Shown in pieces: positions 29,334 through 38,652 of a DNA stretch of 64,000 bases. Made by a program: the position numbers and the translations under genes. Numbering within the stretch: the stretch's first letter is position 1; each line of letters opens with the position of its first letter. Below the pieces are notes generated by a model. The model saw only the letters and a program-made list of their open reading frames with translations. It did not search any database and had not been told where the DNA came from. Location: positions 736,001 to 800,000 of the forward strand of contig CAWCAG010000007.1 of assembly GCA_963793425.1 (NCBI GenBank), given 5' to 3'. This DNA is from an uncultured cyanobacterium. Its GTDB lineage: Bacteria > Cyanobacteriota > Cyanobacteriia > Cyanobacteriales > CAWCAG01.

Positions 29334-30638
29334 TCATCTTTTTAACAAACTCCGAGTCTCTCTAGCCGCAGCTTTCATCGCTTTTTCAGAACTCATTTTA
29401 TCTGTCAAAGCAGCACTAAGATAGCGTTGCAAAATATCAGATGCTTGGGCATATTGAGCAATAGGAGGGCGGAGTGCCGGATTTTCTAATACTTCTAATA
29501 ATTGAGGATAGTGGTCGTATTTCGCCACAATTGTCGAGTCATTGAAAAGGGATTTAATACTAGGTACATAACCCGTTTCCAGGACAAACTTACGTAAAAC
29601 ATCTTTACTACTGAAGTATTTCATTACTTCCCAAGCAGCATCGGGATGTTGACTACTCCTAGCAATGCCTAAACCCCAACCACCTTGACAAGCACCACTT
29701 TGGGCTTCAGGTTTACTAACCATAGGTTTGATGGCGAATTTGCCTTGAATGGGGGAATCTTCCGCAGAAGCCAAGCTGAAAACATAAGGCCAATTGCGAA
29801 GGAAAACCGCGTTACCATTTTGGAAAAGGCGGCGAGTTTCTTCTTCTGTATAAGTAGTAACACCAGGAGGAGAAACTCCTATATCGATGCTACGGTGAAG
29901 AAACTTTATTGCTTGAATAGCTTCTGGTTGATCTAGTCCTACTTCTAAACTTTCTGGGTTAACCCAAAAGCCTCCACTACCTTCAAGAATTTCCACAAAC
30001 ATAGCAGCAAGTCCTTCATATTGTTTGCCTTGCCAAACATAACCCCATTCGGCTTTACCCTCTTCTTGTAATACCTGGGAAATTCCTAAAAGCTCATCGA
30101 AGGTTTCCGGAGGTTGATAACCTGCCTCTGTTAAAAGATCCTGTCGGTAATAAAGCATTCCGGCATCGGAACGGAAGGGGAGGCGGTAAAGTTTTTCTTG
30201 GTAACGCCCACCTTCAATATCCCCATCAAGATATTTATTTAAGTCTAAGTTGTCTTGGTCAATGTAGTCGTCAAGTTCTTTTAACCAACCCGCAGCAGCA
30301 AATTTAGGAACCCAGACGATATCCATATAAACTAAATCATAGGGAGAGTTGCCTAATAAAAATGAAGAAGTATAAAGGTCTTCTACCTGGTTGGTGGGGT
30401 TGGGGCCTTCAATGATTTTTAAATTTATTTCCGAGTTGCTTTGATTAAATTCCTCAACCAACCCCCCCCAGCTAGAGGCTTCCAAAGCTTGCATCAATAC
30501 GGTAACGGTGATTGGTTGTTGGGTGAAAGCTGGCAAAATCAGCAATTGGATAGTTGCCAAAATCGCAACAATACCAAGAAAAAAGCGGAGTAGCTTAAGT
30601 TTTTTAGTTAATTTAGGAAGTTTTAGATTAAAGCCCAT
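29334..30638 (-). CDS. sugar ABC transporter substrate-binding protein
   Basis: MDIVWVPKFAAAGWL, QGKQYEGL, FLRNWPY. Confidence 0.93.
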   Translation of the reverse strand: MGFNLKLPKLTKKLKLLRFFLGIVAILATIQLLILPAFTQQPITVTVLMQALEASSWGGLVEEFNQSNSEINLKIIEGPNPTNQVEDLYTSSFLLGNSPYDLVYMDIVWVPKFAAAGWLKELDDYIDQDNLDLNKYLDGDIEGGRYQEKLYRLPFRSDAGMLYYRQDLLTEAGYQPPETFDELLGISQVLQEEGKAEWGYVWQGKQYEGLAAMFVEILEGSGGFWVNPESLEVGLDQPEAIQAIKFLHRSIDIGVSPPGVTTYTEEETRRLFQNGNAVFLRNWPYVFSLASAEDSPIQGKFAIKPMVSKPEAQSGACQGGWGLGIARSSQHPDAAWEVMKYFSSKDVLRKFVLETGYVPSIKSLFNDSTIVAKYDHYPQLLEVLENPALRPPIAQYAQASDILQRYLSAALTDKMSSEKAMKAAARETRSLLKR

Positions 30639-30743
30639 TGAAAAATGACAATTTTTTTAAGCAGAGGTTTGTTATCTCCTAACTATAGCGAGAGATTAAA
30701 CGTAGCTATGTCAACAAATGCAACAAACCTACTGGATTAGTTT

Positions 30744-30804
30744 GTTAGGGCAGGTTTAGTTAGTTTGAAGTTAACCCATGATTTTGCTTGAAACCCGCCC
30801 TTAC
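30744..30804. repeat. REP-like inverted repeat
   Basis: GTTAGGGCAGGTTT...AAACCCGCCCTTAC. Confidence 0.55.
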
Positions 30805-31100
30805 CTTTCTTGGCTAACTTCTTGAACCAAAACAAAAGGCTGGACAATAATAGTGCTAAATTGCTTATGGGGTTCTTGATTCCAAATTGCGAGTTGTTCA
30901 GAAGAAGGTTTAGCAATAAGTTGCTCAGCGATCCAATTTTCTACCGATGCTGCATCATTGGCTGCAACTTTAACTCCCACCTCAACTAAATCCAAGTGAC
31001 TTGTCACCACGATCAAAGCATCTCGCTTGGCATGGGGGGTAAGGTTTTGCCAATCTACCTCAGCTAAATTTTCTGCTAAGGTTGCTCTAACATCTTCCAC
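30801..31100 (-). CDS. DUF2288 family protein
   Basis: W..L.PHAKRDALIVV...LDL.EVG, IVQPFVLVQE. Confidence 0.88.
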   Translation of the reverse strand: MEDVRATLAENLAEVDWQNLTPHAKRDALIVVTSHLDLVEVGVKVAANDAASVENWIAEQLIAKPSSEQLAIWNQEPHKQFSTIIVQPFVLVQEVSQER

Positions 31101-31160
31101 AATCTTTTTTTCTCCAAATTTATTTATCCAAGTATTAACTTTAACTATTTCAGCTAACCA

Positions 31161-32015
31161 TTACTCACCTTCAACACGCAAATCTCGAACAGTTTCCAGA
31201 CTCAACCCGGTTATCTCAGCAATGGCTTCATCGTCAAGTCGAGCAAGTAATTTTTCTGCGATCGCCCGTTGTTCTTCCTTTTTTCCCTCTTCTCGTCCTT
31301 CTTCCCTACCAAGATTAACAGCCCCTTGTTGATCATAAATAAACATTTCTCGGCGTTCAAAATCATCAAGTTCATCGGGGCTTAAGTTGGCTTGATTAGC
31401 AATTTCAAAGGCTTGGTGGAGTTCTGGTGTATCATCCATATTTTCCGGTATACCAGTTAGGGAGCGTGCATATTTAATGAAGTAAATCCATTTATCAGTT
31501 ATAGTTTCGAGTTGTGCTTGTTCTTTGGTGAATTTTGGTAATTCCACAAACAACAGTTCGATATCGTTTTCACGATAAAAAGAACCATCAGACACTTCTC
31601 GATAAACAAAGCGAGAGGTAAAATGATCACGTTGAGGAAACATTTCAAAATCTGTTAGGGTTAAGGCAATAACTGGTTTTAGCATTCGATAACCTTCTCC
31701 CCTTTGTAGCTGAAAGGCGTAGGTTTTAGCCGCATTAAACAAGACTCTTTCACCAAAAGATTGCACATTCAAAACCTGCATTTCAATAATAATTATTGTG
31801 CCATCATTGAGTTTCGCTTTGACATCAAGGTAAGTATCTTTTAATCCCTCCACTCTTGGAGGCAAGTTAGGATTAATAATTTCTAAGTCTTCAATGGTAG
31901 AATTGCCTTCATAAATTAAGGCATTAAGAAAACTAATGAGAATGTTTTTGCTTTGTTCAGAACCAAAGATTTTCTTGAAAGCGTAGTCGGTTTTAGGATT
32001 AATAAATCTCATCAT
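31161..32015 (-). CDS. Rpn family PD-(D/E)XK nuclease (TIGR01784)
   Basis: FINPKTDYAFKKIFG, LDVKA, IEMQV, C-terminal GREEG..IAEITGLS. Confidence 0.92.
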   Translation of the reverse strand: MMRFINPKTDYAFKKIFGSEQSKNILISFLNALIYEGNSTIEDLEIINPNLPPRVEGLKDTYLDVKAKLNDGTIIIIEMQVLNVQSFGERVLFNAAKTYAFQLQRGEGYRMLKPVIALTLTDFEMFPQRDHFTSRFVYREVSDGSFYRENDIELLFVELPKFTKEQAQLETITDKWIYFIKYARSLTGIPENMDDTPELHQAFEIANQANLSPDELDDFERREMFIYDQQGAVNLGREEGREEGKKEEQRAIAEKLLARLDDEAIAEITGLSLETVRDLRVEGE

Positions 32016-32051
32016 TTTAGATCAATTAAAAATCAAAGCAACTGGTTTATT

Positions 32052-32717
32052 TTATCGTCCCAAGGAGTGCATTTCGTTGATAGTTTCCGTACACTTTTGC
32101 GTTAAAGTTTGCAATGCTTCTTTTTTGAGAACATTTGGGGGCGGAATAACTTCGCCGATGCGTACCGTAATAGGAACAGGTTTAGGAAAGGATGAACCTG
32201 ATTTTAAAATGTTTTGTGTTCCCCACAAACTGACAGGAAGTATAGGTGCGTTAGCTTTGGTGGCAATGGTAGCAGCCCCTAATTTGGGTTTGGTGATGCG
32301 TCCGTCTGGGGTACGACTGCCTTGAAGAAAAATACCTGCTGCCCAGCCTTCATTTAAAGCAGCAACCGCAGCTCGAATTGCGCTACGATCAGCAGCAGAG
32401 CGTTTGACAGGGTATGCGCCATACAACTTGATACCTTGCTTGAGGAGAGGAACTTCAAATAACTCTTCTTTAGCCATAAAAGCAACGGGACGACCCATAA
32501 CGCAAGATAAGAGGGGAGGGTCAAAATAGCTGGCATGGTTACTAACTATGACTAAAGGCCCTTGTTTCGGAACATTTTCTCTACCATAAACTCGACCACG
32601 AAAATAGAAATTGAGGAAGGGGCTAACGAGAGAATATTTGAATAAATAGTAGAGTAAAAGATTGACAGCAGGTTCTCGCTCTCGATTATTGGTTAAGGCT
32701 GAATCTTCTACACTCAT
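32052..32717 (-). CDS. plsC: 1-acyl-sn-glycerol-3-phosphate acyltransferase (Sll1848-like)
   Basis: SNHASYFDPP, FMAKEELF, GAYPVKR. Confidence 0.88.
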   Translation of the reverse strand: MSVEDSALTNNREREPAVNLLLYYLFKYSLVSPFLNFYFRGRVYGRENVPKQGPLVIVSNHASYFDPPLLSCVMGRPVAFMAKEELFEVPLLKQGIKLYGAYPVKRSAADRSAIRAAVAALNEGWAAGIFLQGSRTPDGRITKPKLGAATIATKANAPILPVSLWGTQNILKSGSSFPKPVPITVRIGEVIPPPNVLKKEALQTLTQKCTETINEMHSLGR

Positions 32718-32722
32718 GTTTT

Positions 32723-33658
32723 TTATTTAATAATTGGCTCTACTTTATAGATAGAAAAAACTGATCCTACTGGGTCATTTTTTTCGACATAAACCTGATT
32801 ATCAAAATATAAACCGACAGCCGTACCTCCAGCAAATAACATTCCTTCTTCAATTTCCCCTAAACAGTGATTAACCGCAATTCCTTTTAAGACTTCATCA
32901 AACATCCCCGGCATCAATTCTTGCCCAAGCTCAGCATCATTAACCAATAAGATAACATGGCCTTTAGCGGTAATAGCTGCCATAGAACGACTTAGTTCTT
33001 TTTGACAAGCAAATTCTCCTAAGTCTTCGCAGATATCTTTAAATTCTCCTTCCTGATAAAACCTGCCGTTGCCGCCGACAATGTTATAGTTATGATTATT
33101 TTCTTCTCTTTTACCAACTTGAATAGTTGCTTGACGTTCTTCCGGTTTTGCTTCAGAGATGGCAAAAGAAGACCTTTTCTTTTTCGCATCACCAGAATAT
33201 TCTGTACCTCGCGAAATATTCAAACCTTCTGGTTGCCCATTGTCACCAATGAAATCCCCATTTATAGCTGCAATAGGCAGTCTTTGTTTTAGTTTTATTT
33301 TGTCATCATTCATAAACTCAGAAAAGGTCTTTTTCACATATTCTTTGCGTAAATTTCCGTTAGTATCTTTGGCATATAGCTCATGATCGAGGGGGAGATG
33401 AACTTGAAAGTCTAAGTTGCGCGATCGCGGATTAAAAATCACGACTTTATTTACGCCTTGCTCGTTTTCTAATCCTTGATTATTCGTTTTAATAAAAGTA
33501 ATATCAAAATTCTCATCTTCTCCGATGCAGAGAGATTCATTGCTGGCGATCGCCTCTGCGTTATTTTGCTTGTGGAGTAAATATAAAATTACTATAGTTA
33601 AATTAAATACAACCAAGAAAACTATTAGCAAGAAAAGAAATTTATTTTTTTTAGACAT
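32723..33658 (-). CDS. membrane-anchored phosphodiester glycosidase (NAGPA-like) family protein
   Basis: N-terminal TM; AAINGDF, RSMAAIT..G. Confidence 0.6.
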   Translation of the reverse strand: MSKKNKFLFLLIVFLVVFNLTIVILYLLHKQNNAEAIASNESLCIGEDENFDITFIKTNNQGLENEQGVNKVVIFNPRSRNLDFQVHLPLDHELYAKDTNGNLRKEYVKKTFSEFMNDDKIKLKQRLPIAAINGDFIGDNGQPEGLNISRGTEYSGDAKKKRSSFAISEAKPEERQATIQVGKREENNHNYNIVGGNGRFYQEGEFKDICEDLGEFACQKELSRSMAAITAKGHVILLVNDAELGQELMPGMFDEVLKGIAVNHCLGEIEEGMLFAGGTAVGLYFDNQVYVEKNDPVGSVFSIYKVEPIIK

Positions 33659-33681
33659 CTTAGATCATTCATCATTTGTCA

Positions 33682-34557
33682 TTAAGAATGTACGTTGCCA
33701 TCAGGTAAAATTGCTCCGGTTAAGTCCACTCCTGTTAACTTAACCATAATACGATTTCCTGAGCCAATTTTGGCTCCTTTTAAATTTGCCCCTCGAAGAT
33801 CCGAACCACTTAAGTCTGCACCAACTAAATTTGCTTCTTGTAAGTTGGCGTTTCTTAAATTAGCTTGAAACAAGTTAGCCCGGAAAAGGTTAGCCCCTTG
33901 GAGGTTAGCTTCTTCTAAGTTGACGTTATGTAAAAAGCTATCTTTCAAGTTCGCATTACTAAGATTGGCCCTTTGAAGATTTCTCCTCGAAAGGTCTTTT
34001 TCTACTAAATCAGCCCCCTGTAAGTTGGCCCCACTTAAATCTTCACCACGGGTTGGAGGACGTTCATAAGTACGTTTCTCTGGGGGCGGAGTTTGCGGTT
34101 GATAATAAGATGTTTTTGGGTAAGAAGGAGTTTTTGTTTGTGATTGAGTATTATTCGGTGGAGATTGAGTTTTGGGTTGATAGTAATAACTTCTCGGTGG
34201 AGGTTGATAATAAGAAGTTTTTGGTGGTGACTGGGTTGTAGCTTGGTGAGGAGGAGTTTTGGGGGTCGATGAAGCTTTGGGTTGATAGTAATAACTTCTC
34301 GGCGGAGGTTGATAATATGAAGTTCTTGGTTGCTGCTTCTCTTTAACGGGCTTGATGGCACGCAACTGTTCCCTGGCTTCGTTGAGGGCTTTTAATTTCG
34401 CTATAGCTTTCTCTTGAAGGCGAGTATTATCTTTGGGAATACGATCTGGATGCCAAATAAAAGCCAAGTCTTTATAGGCTTGGTTTACTTCTTCCGGAGA
34501 CGCTCCTGATTCTATCTCTAGTATTCGGTAATATTTGTCCAGGGGATTCATACTCAT
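33682..34557 (-). CDS. J-domain plus pentapeptide-repeat protein
   Basis: YY.ILE...WHPDR J domain; Pro/Tyr/Gln-rich linker; C-terminal pentapeptide repeats. Confidence 0.92.
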   Translation of the reverse strand: MSMNPLDKYYRILEIESGASPEEVNQAYKDLAFIWHPDRIPKDNTRLQEKAIAKLKALNEAREQLRAIKPVKEKQQPRTSYYQPPPRSYYYQPKASSTPKTPPHQATTQSPPKTSYYQPPPRSYYYQPKTQSPPNNTQSQTKTPSYPKTSYYQPQTPPPEKRTYERPPTRGEDLSGANLQGADLVEKDLSRRNLQRANLSNANLKDSFLHNVNLEEANLQGANLFRANLFQANLRNANLQEANLVGADLSGSDLRGANLKGAKIGSGNRIMVKLTGVDLTGAILPDGNVHS

Positions 34558-34675
34558 TACCTTATTTTACCGTTATCAGTCCCAGGTCTATTTAGTAGCT
34601 TAACGGTGAAATGCTGATGCGATCGCAAGGAAAATGTTAAGAAATTAATTATCCCTTACTTTATACCAGATTTTC

Positions 34676-35392
34676 TTAAAACTGCTGCCACTGTAAAGTA
34701 TAAATAGGAACGTTAAACCAAGGATTATTTGGTTCAGGAATCTTAACTTTGATTACTTGTTGATAATTAGGATCTGCTTCAATCCAAGTTTGATTTCCTA
34801 TGTAAGCTAAAATATGTACTCCATCTGCGGTTACAGCTAAGTCTCCTGGCTTGATGCGATTGTGGTTTAATTCGTTGATACTGGGGCTAAGAAACAGTTG
34901 TTTTGTATAGTTTTTATATTCGTCTCTTAATGCTACTGCTGAGGTATCGTGCCACCAAAGAGAAAGACCTTTCCTGATTAAATTAGGATTGAATGAAAGT
35001 AATCCTTGTTGCCAATTAGCTTTGATTAAACCTTGGCGTACTAAACCAGAACAATCAATACCAATTTTATTTTCACCACCCCACACATAGGGACTTCCTT
35101 GATATTTACTTAACTGTTGAACATAGCTTTGTCGTAAGGCAGATGTGTCGATTATTTCTCTACCTGGCAAAAGTGTCAAACTTGCTACAATCACTAATAA
35201 AATTAAGCAAGTAATTCGGACTATTTTCTGTGGCCAAAAAATGAACAAACCACCGCAAAAAGCTGATACTAGCAAAATAACAATAGTTAAGCGCAATATG
35301 CCGTAACTAATTGGATAAAGCAAAAATACGGGCAAGAGAATCAAGTTTAAATACCATAATCTTTTGATTGCGCTGCGGTTGATTTTGACCAT
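34676..35392 (-). CDS. membrane-anchored NlpC/P60 family cysteine peptidase
   Basis: Three TM helices, then PYVWGGE..GIDCSGLV and H. Confidence 0.85.
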   Translation of the reverse strand: MVKINRSAIKRLWYLNLILLPVFLLYPISYGILRLTIVILLVSAFCGGLFIFWPQKIVRITCLILLVIVASLTLLPGREIIDTSALRQSYVQQLSKYQGSPYVWGGENKIGIDCSGLVRQGLIKANWQQGLLSFNPNLIRKGLSLWWHDTSAVALRDEYKNYTKQLFLSPSINELNHNRIKPGDLAVTADGVHILAYIGNQTWIEADPNYQQVIKVKIPEPNNPWFNVPIYTLQWQQF

Positions 35393-35550
35393 TTGTTTGG
35401 GAATTAGGTGATTGAGAATTGTAGGGCTTGCCGTTGTCGTAGACTAAATTGGGTAATGGAGAGTGGTTAAATGTTTAATGTTTAATGTCTAAATGCACAT
35501 TAGCTTATATCTCGATTATAATTTAGAAAAAAAGAGTATTAGGATCTTTT

Positions 35551-35847
35551 TTGTTCTATCAAGAGAAGTTAATTATGGAATCTGAAAAATCTTCAACTCC
35601 GCTAATAACCCCAGAGGAAGCAAAAGATAGTAAGGTTGTTACCCCAATCAAAAAGTTTGCTTTTGGTATGGGCTGGGGACTATTTCTAGTAGCTATTTAT
35701 TGGAGTTATAGCCTTTTTTATCATAGTTCAGTACCTTTAGCTACAGGAATAATTGCTTCGTTGGTATTTGCTATAACTTGTGGCTTAATAACTATGAAGG
35801 TAGGCTATGAAGCCTTGGATAATATTATAAACAGCCTGCCTTTCTAA
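35551..35847 (+). CDS. small membrane protein
   Basis: Two hydrophobic helices; alternative ATG at 35575. Confidence 0.6.
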   Translation: MFYQEKLIMESEKSSTPLITPEEAKDSKVVTPIKKFAFGMGWGLFLVAIYWSYSLFYHSSVPLATGIIASLVFAITCGLITMKVGYEALDNIINSLPF

Positions 35848-35892
35848 GCAAAGGAAGTTTAAGCAACAAATCCTAATGAAACTTATTACTTA

Positions 35893-36846
35893 TTACTTAT
35901 TACTTATTACTTGCTCAAACCCAGCTATTTCCGATAAAACATATAGAGGACGACCCTTAACTTCTTCATAGATTCGGCCAATATATTCTCCTAAAATACC
36001 GATACTAACTAACTGCACTGCACCGAGAAAGAAAATAGCGATCGCAATAGTAGCAAAACCAGTTAAAGGGGAATTTGGTGAAACAATGCGCCAGTAAAGA
36101 ACCATTCCTGCCATGATTATTGCCACTCCTGCTGCTAATAACCCCATGTAAGTAGAGAGTCGTAAAGGCACTACAGAAAAAGAAACCAAACCATTCATGG
36201 CAAAGGCAAAAGATTTCGCGAAAGTATATTTAACTTCCCCGGAAAAACGCGGATCTCTCTCAAAACGAATTGCTTTTTGTCGGAAACCTACCCAAGAACG
36301 CAAACCCCGAATATAACGGTTACGTTCGGGCATTTTGTTTAATAAGTCAACTACCCGACGATCCATTAAACAAAAATCCCCTGTATCTGTGGGAATATCT
36401 ACATCTGTAAGGCGTTTGAGGAGGCGGTAAAAAATATAAGCAGGTAAACGCTTGCCCCAACTTTCTTGCTTACGCTTACTACGTTGGGCGTAAATAACTT
36501 GATATCCTTCTTGCCAAAGATGCAACATCTGGGGGATTAATTCCGGGGGATCTTGTAAGTCTCCATCCATGACGACAACTGCTTGCCCCCGGACAAAATT
36601 TAAACCGGCGGTGACAGCAATTTGATGACCAAAGTTGCGGGCAAAACTAAGGTAGCAAATACGACTATCCTGTTGTTGTAATTCTTGCAACAAAGCTAAA
36701 GAGCGATCGCGGCTACCATCATTAACAAAAACAAATTCTACTTCCCCAGCCCAAGATTTACTTGCCGAATTTAAGCGCCGATATAATTCTGGGAGATTAC
36801 TTTCTTCGTTATAAATAGGGATAACCAAAGAATACTGAGGCTGCAT
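35893..36846 (-). CDS. GT2 family glycosyltransferase (GtrB/ArnC-like)
   Basis: [21 protein letters not shown], two C-terminal TM helices. Confidence 0.93.
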   Translation of the reverse strand: MQPQYSLVIPIYNEESNLPELYRRLNSASKSWAGEVEFVFVNDGSRDRSLALLQELQQQDSRICYLSFARNFGHQIAVTAGLNFVRGQAVVVMDGDLQDPPELIPQMLHLWQEGYQVIYAQRSKRKQESWGKRLPAYIFYRLLKRLTDVDIPTDTGDFCLMDRRVVDLLNKMPERNRYIRGLRSWVGFRQKAIRFERDPRFSGEVKYTFAKSFAFAMNGLVSFSVVPLRLSTYMGLLAAGVAIIMAGMVLYWRIVSPNSPLTGFATIAIAIFFLGAVQLVSIGILGEYIGRIYEEVKGRPLYVLSEIAGFEQVISNK

Positions 36847-37325
36847 AAGTTGTGAAGTAATAAGTAATAAGTAATAAGTAAAGAATATACTATTGTTGAT
36901 ACAAAGATTATTATAGTAATCGTTATTATAGCTGTGGGGGGAGTAAAAGTTGGTTATCCTTATATGGCGGATTCAGGAGTGTTGAATGTGAGAGGTTTTG
37001 CAGTTGAAAATAGACACAATGAGCCTATAGTCAAGCAAATAGCTCATAGAAATACCATCTTTTTAAACCAGTGAACATAATAATATTTTTAGAGATAAAC
37101 GTTTTTAAACAGCAAGGCTTTTGTAACACTTTTCTACTAAACTATTTAGAAGCTGTTAAAGTTTTCTCAAAAAGTTAATAACTGCGATCGCATCTTGTTT
37201 ATATCACAGAGTAAGTTACAAATAATGGGTTATAAAATAGACTCTAAAATCTCAGGTATTAGTTATCTAAATTTGGCTCTATCAATTACTTCATCCATGA
37301 CACTATTTTAGGCTTGACACGCCAA

Positions 37326-37434
37326 TAGTGGCGTGACACGCCTAAAATGATGCTTTAGAAAAAGAGTCATACTGTTTTTATTCATGTTTCTAAGTGATAA
37401 TCTATTGCACTACTTTAGCTGTGTCACGCCAGTA
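37326..37434. mobile_element. MITE with ~21-bp terminal inverted repeats bounded by TA
   Basis: TAGTGGCGTGACACGCCTAAA...TTTAGCTGTGTCACGCCAGTA (18/21 inverted match); no ORF. Confidence 0.7.
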
Positions 37435-37500
37435 GGGTGGGTTAGGCGGGCTATCATAAATGTGCTTAAATCAAAAAGCCCTTGTCCGCCGTAACGCACC
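37432..37500. repeat. GTAG-type REP-like inverted repeat
   Basis: GTAGGGTGGGTTAGGCGG...CCGCCGTAACGCACC. Confidence 0.6.
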
Positions 37501-37559
37501 GACTCCCATCTGAATTACTATGCGATCGCAGTTAATAATCGCAACCAAAGATAAGAGTT

Positions 37560-37591
37560 AGGGAGTGGGGAGTTTCTACTCCCCACTCCCT
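37560..37591 (-). terminator. stem-loop downstream of the DUF928 gene
   Basis: AGGGAGTGGGGAGT-TTCT-ACTCCCCACTCCCT, perfect 14-bp stem made of STRR units. Confidence 0.55.
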
Positions 37592-37607
37592 ACCCTTGAT
37601 AGCAACT

Positions 37608-38621
37608 TTACAACTGTTCTGTCAATGGTTGAGTTGCAACTGCTTCTAAATCTACTTGCTGCAACAAGTCTTGCCATTCGTTTTGCAAACTACTATTATT
37701 CGGCTGCTCTAACTTGGCACTAGCAATTAAGCTTAAGGTATCATACCAAATTCCTGCATTGGCATATAAAGCAGCCCGTTGAACAGAAGTTAATTCTGCA
37801 TTAGCAATGGCTTCTGTTGGTGGTGCAACCCGTTTCACCCAACCAGTAACCCCGTAATTATCTGGCCGTAAAATGCCTTTTGGTTCAATGGTAGCAAAGA
37901 ACCATTGATAATCTTCACCTAACTCTAACTCTGGGGCATCTTCTGGTAAAGTGAAGCTGAGAATTCCTCCTTGACCAGAAACCTCTAAGGTGGTTTGGTA
38001 GAGACTTTGCTTATTTTTATCTTGGATGCTGAAAAATATCTGTTTAACGGAACTTTCCGGTAGATAAACATGAAAAGTCGGACGGGAAGTGGCGGTATAT
38101 CCGTATTTGTTGCTGGGAAGTAAGGGAATAACCTTTGCTAATTCTTCATCACTGCGACTCCCTCCTCCTACTGTCCTTCCGGGGGCTGGTTTACCTACGG
38201 GGCGAAATGCCAAATCACCACGACTGCCGCCTCCTATACTGCTGCTTGGTGCAGGCTCTCCTACAGGACGAAATTCAAGCTCACCGCGACTTCCTCCTCC
38301 CACACCACTTCGGGGGGCTGGTTCACCCACAGGACGAAATTCGACATCGCCACGACTTGCACCCCCTGTACCACTCTCTGGGGCTGGTTTTCCTGGAACC
38401 TTAAACTGAATATCGCCGCGACTTGCTCCCCCTGTGCCACTTTGGGGGGCTGGCTCTCCTGGGGGTTGAAATTTGATATCTGGAACTAGATTATCATCAC
38501 TTGGTGTAGCTTGGGCAAAAGCGGACTGAGATAAACTACTACCGACGGCAATTAAGCCTGTGAAAATGAAGAAAAATAGCTGACGAGAAAGAGAACTTTG
38601 TAATTTAAACATGGATAGCAA
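37608..38621 (-). CDS. DUF928 domain protein with five N-terminal 22-aa repeats
   Basis: Signal peptide (SAFA-Q); PTF.VY.P, GWV.RV, YA..GIWYD, W..LL..V.L DUF928 motifs. Confidence 0.9.
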   Translation of the reverse strand: MLSMFKLQSSLSRQLFFFIFTGLIAVGSSLSQSAFAQATPSDDNLVPDIKFQPPGEPAPQSGTGGASRGDIQFKVPGKPAPESGTGGASRGDVEFRPVGEPAPRSGVGGGSRGELEFRPVGEPAPSSSIGGGSRGDLAFRPVGKPAPGRTVGGGSRSDEELAKVIPLLPSNKYGYTATSRPTFHVYLPESSVKQIFFSIQDKNKQSLYQTTLEVSGQGGILSFTLPEDAPELELGEDYQWFFATIEPKGILRPDNYGVTGWVKRVAPPTEAIANAELTSVQRAALYANAGIWYDTLSLIASAKLEQPNNSSLQNEWQDLLQQVDLEAVATQPLTEQL

Positions 38622-38652
38622 TCCTAAGTGATGATGAACAAAAAGTGACTCC

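Noticed and set aside
36964..37074. 36-codon [14 protein letters not shown]...
   Set aside because: No recognisable homology or RBS; likely chance.
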